In this document: positions 62,729 to 64,000 of the stretch, piece after piece
Layout of the letters: the number at the start of each line of letters is the position of its first letter
Numbering within the stretch: position 1 is the stretch's first letter
DNA from: Octopus sinensis
Taxonomy: Eukaryota
Reading direction: 5' to 3'
Assembly: GCF_006345805.1 (NCBI RefSeq)
Contig: NW_021835997.1
Span: 1-64,000 of the forward strand
DNA: 64,000 bases
Notes under the pieces: model-generated
What the model saw: the letters and a program-made list of their open reading frames with translations, nothing else
The model's database searches: none
Told to the model about the DNA's origin: nothing
Program-made: the position numbers and the translations under genes

Positions 62729-64000
62729 ATGTTCGACTCGCCTGAGAGCTCACTTCAGACAGGAAATAAACTAAAGAAAGAACTGTCACTGTTCAACTCG
62801 GTGTCCCTGCTTGTTGGAAGTATCATTGGATCAGGAATTTTCATAAGCTCAGCATCAATTCTACGGCAAACAAACAGCATTGGGTTATCTTTGATTATAT
62901 GGGTCAACGCTGGTCTGATTTCGTTGTTTGGCTCCTTTTGCTATGTGGAATTAGGGACCATGATCCCAAGCTCAGGGGGTGACTACATATACATCATGAA
63001 AGCCTTCGGGTCTTTTGCCAGTTTTTTGAGGATTTGGATTGAGTTAATGGTAATCCGACCCGCCACGAATGCGGTCGTATCACTGACATTTGCCGTTTAT
63101 TTATTAAAGCCAATTTATTCGGGGTGTCCCCCTAACCAGCCCGCCGTAATTCTCCTAGCCAATTGTTGCATATGTACATTTGGTGTTAATATGTACAGTT
63201 ATTGTGGCAGTCATCAACTGTTTGAGTATCAAGGCCTCTACTGTGCTTCAAAATATTTTCAGCGGAATCAAGATTGCTGTCATTTTTATCATAATATCCG
63301 CAGGAATATATAAACTAGCATCTGGTGCTTTTTAACCGTCACTTTTAGGGAGTTTGGACACGTTGGCGTCGGGTTTTCAAGGAAGCACCAGCAACATAGG
63401 ACAGATTGCAGTGGCCCATTATGGAGGGCTATTTGCATATTATGGCTGGTAATTCATTTTTTGCATTCTTAGGCAATACTTGAACACTGTTTCCGAGGAA
63501 ATGAAAAATTTAAAAAAGAAGGAATTATTTTTACATTTTTTAGGGATATGCCCAAGAGCATTCTTTTTTCTATCCTGTTTTGCATGATTGTCTATACTCT
63601 CTGTGTTTGTTCTTACTATGCTGTGCTTACCAAATCCGAAGCAATCAACGCAGATGCAATCGGACTGGTGCAATTCAAGTAACAATTCTAGTCGTTCGGC
63701 AATAAATTTCACCATTATTTTGGCTACTTCATTTCCATCGGAGTCGCCTGCTCAACCATCGGAGCTCTCAACGGGAACATGTTCACTTTTTCGAGGTATT
63801 CTATTGCCATTTAGTCAGAGAATGTTTTTCATCGCCGCTCGTCATGGACACATGCCTGGTATTGTCAACGTGGTCAATATTCGGTTCAATACTCCGATCG
63901 TCGCAGTAGTCCTTGCTGTAAGGATCGGAATCAGTTTTAGGCAATCATTTCAATGTTGTATACGTTTTATAACGACATTGTCTTCTTGCTAAACTATTGT
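62729..64000 (+). CDS. SLC7A: SLC7 L-type / y+L amino-acid transporter light chain, runs off window end
   Basis: LKKELSLFNSV...IIGSGIFIS...CYVELGTMIPSSGGDY...WIELMVIRP...GLFAYYGW|...LNTVSEEMKN...GALNGNMF...R|MFFIAARHGHMP; 23-26 nt introns. Confidence 0.93.

Noticed and set aside
1-64000. tRNA/rRNA genes
   Set aside because: No cloverleaf, A/B-box pair or rRNA-conserved motif recognised by eye; tRNAscan-SE/Infernal were not run

Overview
This is eukaryotic (animal) genomic DNA, AT-rich, with very short spliceosomal introns (about 21-34 nt). That intron size fits a compact parasite genome such as a dicyemid or myxozoan; the taxon is an inference. Most ORF-track entries are exon pieces or antisense shadows. 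Apparently complete or edge-truncated genes are VPS13 (5' part), a divergent intron-containing histone H3.3-like gene, ITFG2, PRDX6 and an SLC7 amino-acid transporter. Many other housekeeping genes appear only as truncated or damaged, intron-retaining pieces: DMC1, TRRAP, UBA1, HIRA, COPA, SF3B1, SUV3, TTC7, DDX56, an ankyrin gene and an EGF/TSP1 gene. Several are fused directly to each other or to TE fragments. The TE load is heavy: a Helitron with both termini carrying a ~94-bp satellite, a DD35E Tc1-like element with IR/DR ends, a Merlin/ISXO2 transposase with four mini-introns split by a LINE with an 11-bp TSD, Ginger-like integrases, hAT ends, and RTE, CRE-like, I/Jockey-like and RLE-type non-LTR remnants. 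No rRNA, tRNA or CRISPR was found. All identifications come from manual translation and remembered family motifs, not database searches. Many boundaries are approximate.
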